A stretch of DNA of 32,794 bases from Akkermansiaceae bacterium (GTDB taxonomy: Bacteria > Verrucomicrobiota > Verrucomicrobiia > Verrucomicrobiales > Akkermansiaceae): positions 1-32,794 of the forward strand of contig JBPOGF010000031.1 in assembly GCA_051251915.1 (NCBI GenBank), read 5' to 3'. Positions 17,608 to 27,513 of this stretch are shown piece by piece. Position 1 is the stretch's first letter. The number at the start of each line of letters is the position of its first letter. A program made the translations under genes and the position numbers. The notes beneath the pieces are model-generated. The model was not told the DNA's origin. It ran no database searches and saw only the letters and a program-made list of their open reading frames with translations.

Positions 17608-18377
17608 GATGTTTCTTTTTTAAACCAGGGTACAAATGCGCTGGTGGTTTGTTGATGTTGTTTGTAGGCGTCACCTCTGCTTTTTAGGAGATCTCGTTCT
17701 AGTGGTGGGATACCGGTCACTTTTACGAGTAGGAAGGTCATTAATATGGGAGCGTGAATGGTGTAGATGCCGCCTGGTGAGGCAGCGCAGAAGAGGTAGA
17801 TTCCGAACCAGATGACGGCTTCGAAGAAGTAGTTGGGGTGGCGGCTGTAGTTCCAGAGGCCGATGCGGCAGATTTTGTCATCGGAGGGGTTGGCTTTGAA
17901 TTTGTTTAGTTGATGGTCGGCGATGGCTTCGCCGATGAGTCCTGTGGTGAATATGGTGAGGCCGATGTATTCAAGCGCATGGAGAGGGGCTGTGAATTGA
18001 GATGAGAAGTAGAATGGGAGTGAGAGGAGGAAGACGAGTGTCGCGTTTATAAGGAAGATGATGAGGAAGTATTTATTGGCGTTTGGGCCCCATTTTTGTC
18101 GGAGTGCGGAGTATCTTTTGTCTTCTGTGGGGTGTTCTTTGTGGATGCGTTTTGCGAGGTGGAGTCCGAGTCTTAGTGACCAGACTAGGGCCATGGTGAG
18201 GAGGATGATGTTTCTTGTGATGTTGCTATTCTGGGAGGTGATGTAGATCATGACGGGGATGCCTAGGCTGAGTGCCCACATGGCATCGACTATGCCTGCG
18301 TTTTTGATTTTACATGAGAAAATCCATCCAGCTGTGAAGAGGAGTATTAGGATTGAGAATGTGATGATGAGTATCAT
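17604..18377 (-). CDS. DUF1295 membrane protein (steroid 5-alpha-reductase-like)
   Basis: GIVDAMW, EDKRY, EAIADHQL and GLWNYSRHPNYFFE motifs; start placed at ATG 18377, overlapping the upstream stop (ATGA). Confidence 0.88.
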   Translation of the reverse strand: MILIITFSILILLFTAGWIFSCKIKNAGIVDAMWALSLGIPVMIYITSQNSNITRNIILLTMALVWSLRLGLHLAKRIHKEHPTEDKRYSALRQKWGPNANKYFLIIFLINATLVFLLSLPFYFSSQFTAPLHALEYIGLTIFTTGLIGEAIADHQLNKFKANPSDDKICRIGLWNYSRHPNYFFEAVIWFGIYLFCAASPGGIYTIHAPILMTFLLVKVTGIPPLERDLLKSRGDAYKQHQQTTSAFVPWFKKETS

Positions 18378-18895
18378 GTTGTAGTGGAACGGGTAATGCG
18401 TTTCTTCATGTACTGCATGATTAGGTGATGGAAGATGAAGTAGAGGGGGATGGCAAACCAAGGGGCAATGATCGCCCAAGCTTCTATTCCGTAGAGGGCG
18501 GTCATGCCGAAGTCTTTGGTAAACTGCATGGGGTCGTCTTTGAATTTTCCGAGTAGTTGTGGGATGCTGAACGGGATGTGTGGTGCTCCATTGAGAGATT
18601 CTCCGATTCTTATAAAGACTAGGATGAGGCCGAGGTGTAGCGGGTAGAAGAGGCTTTTGAAGAGCATCAGGAATGGGATGTTTAGCCTGAGTGCTGAGCC
18701 AGCTATGACACTTAGTACATTTGTGGTGCCCATGATAGGAAAGGCGGAGATGACTGGGGAGATGGCCATGGTTAGGGCGACTTTCTTAGGAGAGGTGCCA
18801 CGGGTTAGCTGATTTTTGACAGGCTTAATTACAAGCTTTCTCCAGTATTTGGAGAGCTTGCTTGTGTCTTCATCAGCTGGTTGATCTAGGGTCAA
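18374..18895 (-). CDS. DUF2062 membrane protein
   Basis: G.SP.KVAL..AI, FPIMGT and LRLN.P pattern with hydrophobic helices. Confidence 0.78.
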   Translation of the reverse strand: MTLDQPADEDTSKLSKYWRKLVIKPVKNQLTRGTSPKKVALTMAISPVISAFPIMGTTNVLSVIAGSALRLNIPFLMLFKSLFYPLHLGLILVFIRIGESLNGAPHIPFSIPQLLGKFKDDPMQFTKDFGMTALYGIEAWAIIAPWFAIPLYFIFHHLIMQYMKKRITRSTTT

Positions 18896-18906
18896 AATTT
18901 TGTTTT

Positions 18907-20178
18907 TTAGGATCTAGCAGGGGTAAGTTTTTCGTTGTTTGGCTTGGTGTAGATGGCTTGAACGACGCTTATGTTTCTGGTTTGGAATGCGGCTTCGCAG
19001 TATTTGAGATAGTAGTTCCATTTGCGGATGAAGGTGTCATCGAATCCTTGTTGTTTAACTGCTGGTAGTTGGGCATTGAAGCGATCATGCCATTCCCTGA
19101 GAGTTCGTGCGTAGTCGAGTCCCATGTCATCGACTTGGAAGGTTGTTAGTTCTCCGGTCTTGGTCATTACTTGATTAATGCGTCCTAGTGAGATGAGGAG
19201 TGAGCCGGGGAAGATGTGGCGCTGGATGAAATCTACGCCTCTTTTTAGGTCAGCGTAGCGACAATCTGGGACGGTGATCATTTGTAGTCCGAGTGCTCCG
19301 TCTGGTTTGAGGAGTTCGTTGCATTTTTTGAAGTAGCTGGTGAGGAATTTATCTCCTACGGCTTCTAACATTTCTATGGAAACGATGTGGTCAAATTTTC
19401 CTGTGATTTCGCGGTAGTCTTGTAGTTTTAGGTCTACGAGGTCATCTAGCCCGGCGTCTTTTACGCGCTTGAGTGCGTAGTTGAGTTGTTCTTGGGAGAT
19501 GGTGACTCCGGTGATTTTACAACCGTAGTTGGCGGCGGCGTGACATGCGAAGCCACCCCATCCACAGCCAATTTCTAGGACTTCGTCGCCTGCCTTTAGT
19601 TGTAGTTTACGGCAGAGAGCGTCATATTTTTCGTGCTGGGATTCTTCTAGAGTGGTTTCTGGGCTAGAGAATATTCCGCTCGAATAGGTCATGGATGGAT
19701 CTAGGAATAGCTTATAGAAATCATTTCCTAGGTCGTAGTGTTCTGAGATGTTTTTCTTGCTGGTGCGGATGGTGTTGGCACGGGCGTAGTGGAATAGCTT
19801 GTTTAGGAATTTGAGTTTATTGACTGCTTTGAGTTTGTTTGAGGATGCGTTCATCCCCATTTTGGCGTGCATGTTACGGATGAACCAGGTGATGACGGCT
19901 TGGATGTCTGGTGTGTCCCAAACTTTGTGCATGTAGGTTTCTCCTAGTCCTACATTTCCAAACGCGACGCATTGTCTGAAGAATTCTTTGTCGTCGATGA
20001 GATGGATCTCAGCTTTTATGGCATGATCTTTAGCACCATATTGTTGCTGTGTGCCGTCGCTGTAACGTAGTAGTAGTCCACCAGTGGGCATGCTGGTGAA
20101 GAGGTTGAGGATGATTTTTTGTTGCCATCCATAGCTTTTTGACGTGCTGGATTGAAGTTCTTTTGTGCTGGTGGGCAT
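18907..20178 (-). CDS. cfa: Cyclopropane-fatty-acyl-phospholipid synthase family methyltransferase (UfaM-like)
   Basis: GLGETYM, SKKNISEHYDLGNDFY, MTYSSG, LEIGCGWGG, SIEMLEAVG, DFIQRHIFPG and YYLKYCEAAF motifs. Confidence 0.9.
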   Translation of the reverse strand: MPTSTKELQSSTSKSYGWQQKIILNLFTSMPTGGLLLRYSDGTQQQYGAKDHAIKAEIHLIDDKEFFRQCVAFGNVGLGETYMHKVWDTPDIQAVITWFIRNMHAKMGMNASSNKLKAVNKLKFLNKLFHYARANTIRTSKKNISEHYDLGNDFYKLFLDPSMTYSSGIFSSPETTLEESQHEKYDALCRKLQLKAGDEVLEIGCGWGGFACHAAANYGCKITGVTISQEQLNYALKRVKDAGLDDLVDLKLQDYREITGKFDHIVSIEMLEAVGDKFLTSYFKKCNELLKPDGALGLQMITVPDCRYADLKRGVDFIQRHIFPGSLLISLGRINQVMTKTGELTTFQVDDMGLDYARTLREWHDRFNAQLPAVKQQGFDDTFIRKWNYYLKYCEAAFQTRNISVVQAIYTKPNNEKLTPARS

Positions 20179-20180
20179 GA

Positions 20181-21044
20181 TTATTTTTTTGTTAAACTTT
20201 TGTGAGGGCGAAGAACGTCGAGTTGCTGAGATGCGGTGCCTTTTTTGTTAGAGATGGGGAATTTCTTGATCCACATGATGAGCGCGTGCCAATGGATGAG
20301 GAAGATGACGCGAAGGGTGAGTAGTGGGTAACGGATGATGTACCAGCTGAGTCTGAGGGAGCTGAAGGATTTGCGTTTGCCTCGGATGGTGCTCACTAAG
20401 ACGATTCCATCTTCATCTTCATCGTTGATATTTACTGACCATTTTTCGTCTTTTGGTCCGATCTGAAAATCAAAGTGATCGTTTACTTTTGAGAATGGTG
20501 AGACGTAGAAGTCTTTGTTGGTTTTCAGGCGAAACCAGCCAGGTTTTTCTTTCTCATTGATGAGGAAGAGTTTCTTTTCATGAAAGGTATTACCTACTTC
20601 TGCTACTACTGCGATTGTATTGCCAGACACGTCTTCGAGGTAATAGAATGACACGGGGTTAAACTGGTACCCGAAAACGCGCGGGAAAGTCTGCAATATA
20701 ATGCGGGAGGTAGCCGCTAGATTAACGTCTTTATCGGACAGATAATCTAGCAGCTTCTGTTTTATGTTTGGGTTTTGTAGGGGAGGTTGGTTTTGTTCGG
20801 GAGGTTGGTTTTGTATGGGAGGAGGGTATTGTTCAGGAGGTATTATTGGGGAGAGTTGGAGGTAGTCTTCATCACGGATGGAATAGATGTTCCATCGGTT
20901 TCTGCTGAACAGCCAATGGCGTTTAGCGAGTGAGTCTAGTTCATCGAGGTCGAGCGACATCATGAACACAGAGTAGGAAAATTTTCTGGTTACGGGTTTG
21001 AGTCGTTTGTGGAAGATACGACATTGGTAGAGAGCTGAGTTCAT
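20181..21044 (-). CDS. DUF1365 family protein (UfaO-like)
   Basis: H.RLKP...FSY, PRVFGYQFNPVSFYY, EVGNTF, K.FYVSPF and IHWHAL motifs. Confidence 0.9.
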   Translation of the reverse strand: MNSALYQCRIFHKRLKPVTRKFSYSVFMMSLDLDELDSLAKRHWLFSRNRWNIYSIRDEDYLQLSPIIPPEQYPPPIQNQPPEQNQPPLQNPNIKQKLLDYLSDKDVNLAATSRIILQTFPRVFGYQFNPVSFYYLEDVSGNTIAVVAEVGNTFHEKKLFLINEKEKPGWFRLKTNKDFYVSPFSKVNDHFDFQIGPKDEKWSVNINDEDEDGIVLVSTIRGKRKSFSSLRLSWYIIRYPLLTLRVIFLIHWHALIMWIKKFPISNKKGTASQQLDVLRPHKSLTKK

Positions 21045-22336
21045 TTCCAGACCTCTCTACCTAAGATTGTTTTACAGAGATTTACTGCGGAAAGGAGTCC
21101 ATCTTCATGAAATCCGTATCTCTGCCATGCGCCGCAGAAATAGGTGTTGGTTTCTTGTTTTCCTTGCTGATGAAGTCTGGGGATTTCTTGTTGTGCGGCT
21201 AAGGCGTTTAGGTCAAATAGGGGGTGGCGGTATTCGATGGTTTTGAGGATGTTTTTTGGCTGGCACTGTGGGTTGATGGTGACGAAGTAGTTTTTGTTGT
21301 CAGAGACGCCTTGGAGTGAGTTCATCCAGTAGTGGGTGGAGCTTTTCATGCCATTTAGGGACTGGCCTATTTCATAATTCCATGACGCCCAGCATGGGGT
21401 GTTTTTTGGCATCACGCTTTCATCTGTGTGCATGACGGCGGTATTTGGCTGGTATTGGAAAGCTGATAGGACTGCTGACTCGGTTATGGTGGGGTCGGCT
21501 AAGAGTTTTAGTGAATCGTCGCCATGGGTGGCGAGGATTACTTGGTCGTAGACTTTGGTTCCTAGTTTTGAAGTTACTTCAATTCCTTGTGGGGTTCTTT
21601 TTACTGATTCTACTGGATTGTTGATCTGGATTTGTCCACGGAAGGGCGCGGTGATTTTTTCTACGTAGGTTTTGGCACCGCCGCAGACGGTGCGCCATTG
21701 TTTACGTTTTTCTACTGCGAGGAAGCCGTGGTTTTTCCAGAATCTCAGGAGGGTGATGGCTGGGAATTGTTCTATTTTTTCTGGTGGGCTGGACCAGACG
21801 GCGGATGCCATGGGGACGAGATACCAGCGGAGGAAATTTTCTCCGTAGCCGCGGTGTTCGACATACTCGCGGAGGGTGAGTTGGTGGAGGTCTTTGTTGT
21901 CGATGTCTTCGAGAGCTTCATCATTGAAGCGTTTGATTTTGAAGAGCATCTTCCAGAATTTTAGATTGAAGATGTTTTTACGCTGACCGAAAATTTGGTT
22001 AAACTTACCACCGTTGTATTCTAGACCGTCTGGGATATGGTTCACGGAGAATGACATGGATGTTTCCTTTGTTTCTACTCCTAGTTCTTTAAATAATCTG
22101 GTCAGATGGGGGTAGGTGTCTTCGTTGTAGACCATGAAGCCGGTGTCGATGGGGATGTCTTTGGCTCCTTCTTTAAACGTGACTGTGTTGGTGTGGCCTC
22201 CGATGTAGTCGTTTGCTTCGTACAAGGTGAGGTCTGCATCATCCTTGAGGAAATGTGCACAGCCTAAGCCTGATATACCAAGGCCGATGATGGCGATGGT
22301 TGGCTTTTTGTTGGTTCTATTTTCTTCAGCTGACAT
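21041..22336 (-). CDS. FAD-dependent oxidoreductase, amine-oxidase-like (UfaD-like)
   Basis: IAIIGLGISGL, GGHTNT, IDTGFMVYN..TYP, WASWNY and YGFHEDGL motifs. Confidence 0.9.
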   Translation of the reverse strand: MSAEENRTNKKPTIAIIGLGISGLGCAHFLKDDADLTLYEANDYIGGHTNTVTFKEGAKDIPIDTGFMVYNEDTYPHLTRLFKELGVETKETSMSFSVNHIPDGLEYNGGKFNQIFGQRKNIFNLKFWKMLFKIKRFNDEALEDIDNKDLHQLTLREYVEHRGYGENFLRWYLVPMASAVWSSPPEKIEQFPAITLLRFWKNHGFLAVEKRKQWRTVCGGAKTYVEKITAPFRGQIQINNPVESVKRTPQGIEVTSKLGTKVYDQVILATHGDDSLKLLADPTITESAVLSAFQYQPNTAVMHTDESVMPKNTPCWASWNYEIGQSLNGMKSSTHYWMNSLQGVSDNKNYFVTINPQCQPKNILKTIEYRHPLFDLNALAAQQEIPRLHQQGKQETNTYFCGAWQRYGFHEDGLLSAVNLCKTILGREVWK

Positions 22337-23324
22337 CTGAGACTTTTACTGCTGTTTGTTTATAGTTGTCTTCTAACAGTTCTTTAGGAACTCGGCGTAA
22401 ATCTTTGATAAGGCCCATCCAGGAGAGTAATTTTAGTCCATAGTAAGTGATATCTATCTCCCACCAGCGGAAGCCTTGGCGGGTGCTGTGTGGGTAGCGG
22501 TGGTGGTTGTTGTGCCAGCCTTCTCCTAGGGTGATGAGGGCTAGGATGGCGCTGTTTTTGCTGTCGTCTTCTGTTTTGTAGCGCTGCTTGCCCCAGACGT
22601 GTGCCATGGAGTTGATCATGAGTGTGCCGTGTAGGAGGAAGACGGTGCTGACGAAGAATGTCCAGACGAAGAACTGGGCGGCGGTGACTCCGAGAGATGG
22701 GTAGGTGGTTTCTAGGAGGTAGCCGATGGCGTACATGGCGATGCCGTAGAGGTAGGGGACGAGTTGGTCGAATCGGTTGAGGAAGACGAGTTCTGGGTAT
22801 TTGGCGAGGTCTTTGATCTGGCTGTAGTCAGTGGGGAAGTTTCGTTTGCAGGTGATCCAGCCGATGTGTGACCACCAGAAGCCTTGAACGCCTGGTGAGT
22901 GGAGATCTTCTTCTGTGTCTGAGTGTTTGTGATGGTGTCTGTGGTTGGCAGCCCACCAGAGTGCACCGCGCTGCATGGAGGTGTTCCCCCAGACGGCGAT
23001 GATGAATTGCATGGCTCTGCTGGTCTTGAAGGTGCGGTGTGAGAAATAGCGATGGTAGAAGCCGGTGATGGCGAACATTCTGAGGATGTAGAGGACGATG
23101 GCGGCGATGACAGCTGTGGGGCTCCAGCCGACCCATATGAGAAAAATTAGGCCCATGTGGAGGATGATGAATGGGATACAGCGTTCCCAGTCTACTTTTT
23201 CTGCAAGTGACTTGGGGTTCTCGATTCTTTTGTAATCGGAATCTAGCCAGTGGCCAAGCATGTCCTTCAGTCTGTTGACTGTGCTTGGTTTATTTGATTT
23301 TGGCTGATTATTGTGATCGATCAT
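22326..23324 (-). CDS. Membrane delta-9-type acyl-CoA/acyl-lipid fatty acid desaturase
   Basis: His boxes YHRYFSHR, HRHHHKHSD and GEGWHNNHH. Confidence 0.93.
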   Translation of the reverse strand: MIDHNNQPKSNKPSTVNRLKDMLGHWLDSDYKRIENPKSLAEKVDWERCIPFIILHMGLIFLIWVGWSPTAVIAAIVLYILRMFAITGFYHRYFSHRTFKTSRAMQFIIAVWGNTSMQRGALWWAANHRHHHKHSDTEEDLHSPGVQGFWWSHIGWITCKRNFPTDYSQIKDLAKYPELVFLNRFDQLVPYLYGIAMYAIGYLLETTYPSLGVTAAQFFVWTFFVSTVFLLHGTLMINSMAHVWGKQRYKTEDDSKNSAILALITLGEGWHNNHHRYPHSTRQGFRWWEIDITYYGLKLLSWMGLIKDLRRVPKELLEDNYKQTAVKVSDVS

Positions 23325-23331
23325 TTTTTTG

Positions 23332-23961
23332 TTAGAGACGTTTTTTTACCATGCGGATTCCTCCACCTACGAAGGGTACGTGTTCGAACAGTCCGCTTGT
23401 AGAGTCCCAGAAGTCTTGATGGAGTAGGACTTTGCCTTCGGCATCAAATACGATGTGGGACATTCCGATGGAGATGATTTCCTTGCCTTTGGCTAGTTTT
23501 GGGGCTGAGAATTTCATTGTCCAGCGGAGGTAGTATCCTTGTTCCGTCTTGGCTGTGTCATCAACTATTAGTGAGTAGTTGGTCATGGTTTTAGAGGTCT
23601 TAATGAAGTGCTGTTTGATCTCTTCTCTGTTGGTGAGGGTTTTTAGGGTGTCATTGAGGTAGGCATTTTCGGCATAGACTTTGCTGATTTCTTGTTCAAT
23701 GAATTCTTCGGACCCGATGTTTTCTAGGAAGTTGGAGATTCGATCTAGTGCCTGTTTGGCATCTGGTTCATTGAGGTTTGCGGATTGTGGTAGGGTGGCG
23801 GATTTTGCTTTTTTATACGTACTTGCCTGTTCATTCATCATGCTATTTTGGCTACAACCAATTATGCAGAACAGCCCTATCGAGAGGGAGAATCCTAGCC
23901 ACCCTACCCATGGAAAAATGGCTTTCACTTTTGATGTGTTGTTCTCAGAATTAGTCTTCAT
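23332..23961 (-). CDS. SnoaL/NTF2-like domain lipoprotein
   Basis: ATG 23961 chosen within ORF 23332-24093; lipobox-like IIGC; VYAENAYLND, RWTM and HQDFWD...FEHVP motifs. Confidence 0.8.
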   Translation of the reverse strand: MKTNSENNTSKVKAIFPWVGWLGFSLSIGLFCIIGCSQNSMMNEQASTYKKAKSATLPQSANLNEPDAKQALDRISNFLENIGSEEFIEQEISKVYAENAYLNDTLKTLTNREEIKQHFIKTSKTMTNYSLIVDDTAKTEQGYYLRWTMKFSAPKLAKGKEIISIGMSHIVFDAEGKVLLHQDFWDSTSGLFEHVPFVGGGIRMVKKRL

Positions 23962-24144
23962 TCGGTAATAGAACGAATCAAACGAGTGTATAGATGCATA
24001 GAGGTAAGTTTTTTTGACGGAGGGTGTTTTTGATGGATGCGTGATAGGTGATTGGCTATACGGCATAACAATTTCGCAGAATGTACTGCTCATGGTGTGG
24101 GGGATTTGGTAGGACTGTGTAAACGTTCCGTTTATATAACCACT

Positions 24145-25536
24145 ATGATCACTCTAAAGTTTTTACGTCCATGGATGATGGCTGCGGCTGTTAGTCTTAA
24201 CCTTGGTATATGTGTAGGCTATGTTTCTGCTCAGGAAGCTAAACCTAACATTGTTTTGTTGTTAGCTGATGATCTCGGCTATGGTGAGCTGGGTAGTTAT
24301 GGGCAGAAGGTGATTAGTACTCCGAGGTTGGATGAGTTAGCGAATGCTGGGATACGGTTTGAGCAAGTTTATGCGGGATCTCCTGTTTGTTCACCTTCTA
24401 GGGGGGTGTTGATGACTGGGAAGCATGCGGGGAATGCGACGATTCGTTCAAATATTGGGCTTTTTCCGAATGGAGTGGCGAAGCATTTGGCGTTGACGAA
24501 GGATGAGATGACTGTGGCTGAGATGTTGAAGGGGGCGGGTTACCAGACGGCTTTTGTGGGTAAGTGGCATTTGGATTTGGCGAATCAGCCGGATACTTGG
24601 GCGTTTGCGCGTGGGTTTGATTTCTCAGTGCAGGAGCAGTGGGGGGCTGCTGAGAATGATAAGTTTAGGGATGAGCGTCACTGGGTGAATGGGGTGACTG
24701 AGTATGTGGATTATGTGATGGATGATTATGATTGTCTGGATGAGTTTAGGACGGATATGATTATGAGGTTTTTGGACGAGAAGGATGATGAGAAGCCGTT
24801 CTTTATTTTTATGTCTTACCGTGCGCCTCATGGGAATGAGAAGCGTATTGGTAATAAGACGATGTATGCTGACCGAGGCTGGCATGAGGATAAGCGCCGT
24901 CATGCGACTGTGGTTAGTTTGCTAGATCGTGAGGTGGGGAGGCTGCTGGATAGGTTAGAGAAGGATGGTGATATGGAGAATACATTGGTGATCTTCACGA
25001 GTGATAATGGACCGCATAAAGAGGGTGGGAAGGGTTATAGCTTGAGTGATTTTGGTAGTGCGGGGGGGCTGCGTGGTTATAAGCGTGATGTGTATGAGGG
25101 TGGGGTGCGTGTGCCGATGATTTGCTCATGGAAGGGGAAGATAGCGGCTGGTGGTGTGTCTAAGCACATTGGGACGCTTTATGATGTGATGGCGACGGCT
25201 GCTGAGGTGGCGGGAATTTCTGAGCCTGAGCAGTCTGATGGGATTTCTTTTTTGCCGGAGCTTCTGGGTAAGGAGCAGGAGGAGCATGTGTTTGTTTATT
25301 CTGAGTTGCTTTTGTATAAGGGGTTGTTCATGCAGGGGGCGCGGCAGGGTAAGTGGAAGGCTGTGCGTTATGGGGCTAAGTCTGCGGTGCAGTTGTTTGA
25401 CTTAGAGAAGGATCCTGGTGAGAAGAATGATGTGGCTAGGCAGTTTCCTGAGAAGGCGTCTGAGCTGGATAAGGTGTTACAGAAGGCTCATACGGATACT
25501 CCGGGTTGTGTGATAGGGGAGATAGGTGTGAACTAG
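24145..25536 (+). CDS. Exported formylglycine-dependent (S1) sulfatase
   Basis: KPNIVLLLADDLGYG, CSPSR, GKWH, SDNG and YEGGVRVP motifs; ATG 24145 gives a signal peptide. Confidence 0.95.
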   Translation: MITLKFLRPWMMAAAVSLNLGICVGYVSAQEAKPNIVLLLADDLGYGELGSYGQKVISTPRLDELANAGIRFEQVYAGSPVCSPSRGVLMTGKHAGNATIRSNIGLFPNGVAKHLALTKDEMTVAEMLKGAGYQTAFVGKWHLDLANQPDTWAFARGFDFSVQEQWGAAENDKFRDERHWVNGVTEYVDYVMDDYDCLDEFRTDMIMRFLDEKDDEKPFFIFMSYRAPHGNEKRIGNKTMYADRGWHEDKRRHATVVSLLDREVGRLLDRLEKDGDMENTLVIFTSDNGPHKEGGKGYSLSDFGSAGGLRGYKRDVYEGGVRVPMICSWKGKIAAGGVSKHIGTLYDVMATAAEVAGISEPEQSDGISFLPELLGKEQEEHVFVYSELLLYKGLFMQGARQGKWKAVRYGAKSAVQLFDLEKDPGEKNDVARQFPEKASELDKVLQKAHTDTPGCVIGEIGVN

Positions 25537-25538
25537 AT

Positions 25539-26635
25539 TATTGACGCGGCAATATAAAAGATTGCATTTTGATTACTGTTTACTATTTGTTTTGACCATA
25601 GAGACTGCATGAATTTTAAAGATGTACTTAGTCTTGCGCCATCCGAGCTTGAAGAGCGCCGCAAACAAGCTGTAAAATTTAGGAAGAAAGTTCGTAGATA
25701 TTGCGGAGATTGTTGGGGTGAACCGAAACAAGGTTTCTGAATGGTATGAGAAGTGGCTTGAAGGTGGAGCTAAGGCGCTAAAGGTGAAGTCTGGAGGAAA
25801 GTCCAAGGGTTCAGGGTCGACTCTGGGTTCAGATCAGCAAAAGAAGGTTTGTAGTTGTCTGATCAAATGGATCACCAGATCAGCTACAATTCGACTTTGC
25901 TCTTTGGACACTTGCGCAGTGCAACAGTTAATCGCTTCTCTTTTTGAGATAGAGATGCCGATACGTAAAGTTGGACATTGCTTTAAGAGCTGGGGATTCA
26001 CACCTCAGAAACCTGTGAAGCGTTCTTACGAACGTTGCTCAAAACGAGTCAAGAAGTGGCTAGATTAGGAATATCCAGCCATAGAGCAGAAAGCTCATAA
26101 AGAGGGTGCAGAGATCCATTGGGATGACGAGACAGGAATGTGTTATCAAGATCAGGTTGGTAGAGGCTATGCTCCAAAAGATAAAGCACCAGTAAGGGAG
26201 AGCATCAATATGATTTCCACAGTTACCAAGTTGGGAAAGATTCGCTTTATGTTCTATGAAGGTTCAATGAACCATCAAGAATTCATTAAGTTCTGACGGC
26301 GTTTTATAAAGGATACCGTTATAAAGGTTTACCTCATTTTGGATAATTTGAGAGTGCATCGTGCCGAGAAGGTGAAAGCTTGGGAAGCAAAGCGGTCTGA
26401 TAAAATTGAGCTTCACTATCTTCCCAGTTACAGCTCAGATTTAAATCCAAACGGATATTTGAATCGAGATATAAAGGCTGAATTACCTAGGCGACCATCA
26501 AGTAGACGTGATGGTCAGCTCAAAGCTCAAGCGAAAACTCAGATGAGAAGGCTTCAGAAGAATCCAGAGCGAGTGAAGAAATACTTCAATAGTAACTCAA
26601 TTAGGTATGCCGCCTATAATGTTGCCGTATTAATA
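25539..26635 (+). mobile_element. Decayed full-length IS630-family element; transposase pseudogene from 25609
   Basis: Imperfect terminal inverted repeats TATTGACGCGGCAATAT and ATGTTGCCGTATTAATA (13/17) with TA at both ends; WGFTPQKP, WDDETG, ILDNLRVH and PSYSSDLNP motifs; internal stops and frameshifts. Confidence 0.9.
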
Positions 26636-26667
26636 AGAGTGTAGCAACGCGTTCATATTGATAACCT

Positions 26668-26917
26668 CTAGAAAAGTCTTGTTGCATTGCGCTTTAATTC
26701 TCGCCTGACAGTGGAGGCATTTCTATTTATTGTCTTTACGGTAAATGCGTTGCACGCACCCTTGCCTTGCAGGTTAGGTATGGTATACCGCTCTTCTCTG
26801 CTCAGATGTTTATAGAGCATAATGATCAGGTTCTTTTTGGTCGATTGTACCTGAGCTGATCTAATCAGCATCTGGACCGTCTTTGAATAGAATCAGTGCA
26901 CTTCCAGTTTGAATCCA
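26668..26917 (-). mobile_element. IS30-family left-end remnant (terminal repeat plus HTH stub)
   Basis: YKHLSREERYTI...INRNASTVRRELKRN matches the IS30 N-terminal HTH; GTGCACTTCCAGTTTGAATCCA (26896-26917) resembles IS30 ends. Confidence 0.8.
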
Positions 26918-26924
26918 AGAACGT

Positions 26925-26958
26925 AAAAACTCCATTCTAATAAAAGAATGGAGTTTTA
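26925..26958. terminator. Intrinsic, probably bidirectional, terminator
   Basis: AAAACTCCATTCT-AATAAA-AGAATGGAGTTTT perfect stem just downstream of the PEP-CTERM gene. Confidence 0.8.
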
Positions 26959-26976
26959 AAAGTTAGTTTCTGTTCA

Positions 26977-27513
26977 TTAACGGCGTCTTCTCATCATAAA
27001 CCCTACTGAGCCTAATACTAGAAGCATGGCGCTGGATGGTTCAGGAATAGAGGTAACAGAGTAGTTCACTATGTTACCCAGATCAGAAGTGTAAGACCCA
27101 GTTTCTCCATCATTCAAAGATAATGCAGTAAGATCAGTCCCTGCAAAAGTAGCCGACCCTGATATATTTTCTCCAGCATTATAATTTTCAGGAGAATATA
27201 ACGCAAATTGGTTATCAAAACCAAATGCATCTCCAGTTGTTGATGTTACTGAGGCTGTCACCCAAGAGAAGGTGTCAGAGAATTTATCATCCAAAGTAAA
27301 TTCGTAATTGGCTTGCCCTATGAAGAAAAAATCTGAATCCACGACATGTGATGTTGGAGTTCCTGTTAGGATATCTTCACTAAAGATATCCCAAGAACCA
27401 CTATATATTACAGTTGTACTCATTGTCGACTCATCATAAACCCATGATAAAGTCATCGATGAACTTCCTATATTAATAGCTCCTATATAAAACAATATAA
27501 ATATTTTCTTCAT
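26977..27513 (-). CDS. PEP-CTERM sorting domain surface protein
   Basis: Signal peptide, Ser/Thr/Asp-rich body, C-terminal IPEPSSAMLLVLGSVGFMMRRRR. Confidence 0.92.
   Translation of the reverse strand: MKKIFILFYIGAINIGSSSMTLSWVYDESTMSTTVIYSGSWDIFSEDILTGTPTSHVVDSDFFFIGQANYEFTLDDKFSDTFSWVTASVTSTTGDAFGFDNQFALYSPENYNAGENISGSATFAGTDLTALSLNDGETGSYTSDLGNIVNYSVTSIPEPSSAMLLVLGSVGFMMRRRR

Noticed and set aside
5486..24903. Numerous short antisense or alternate-frame ORFs (e.g. 6035-6385, 7843-8235, 21632-21964, 22828-23136)
   Set aside because: They are shadows of well-supported genes and have no recognisable motifs.
25718..26644. IS630 split ORFs as a programmed frameshift in an active element
   Set aside because: There are multiple stops and shifts, and the final catalytic Glu motif is degraded (LNPNG); the element is decayed.
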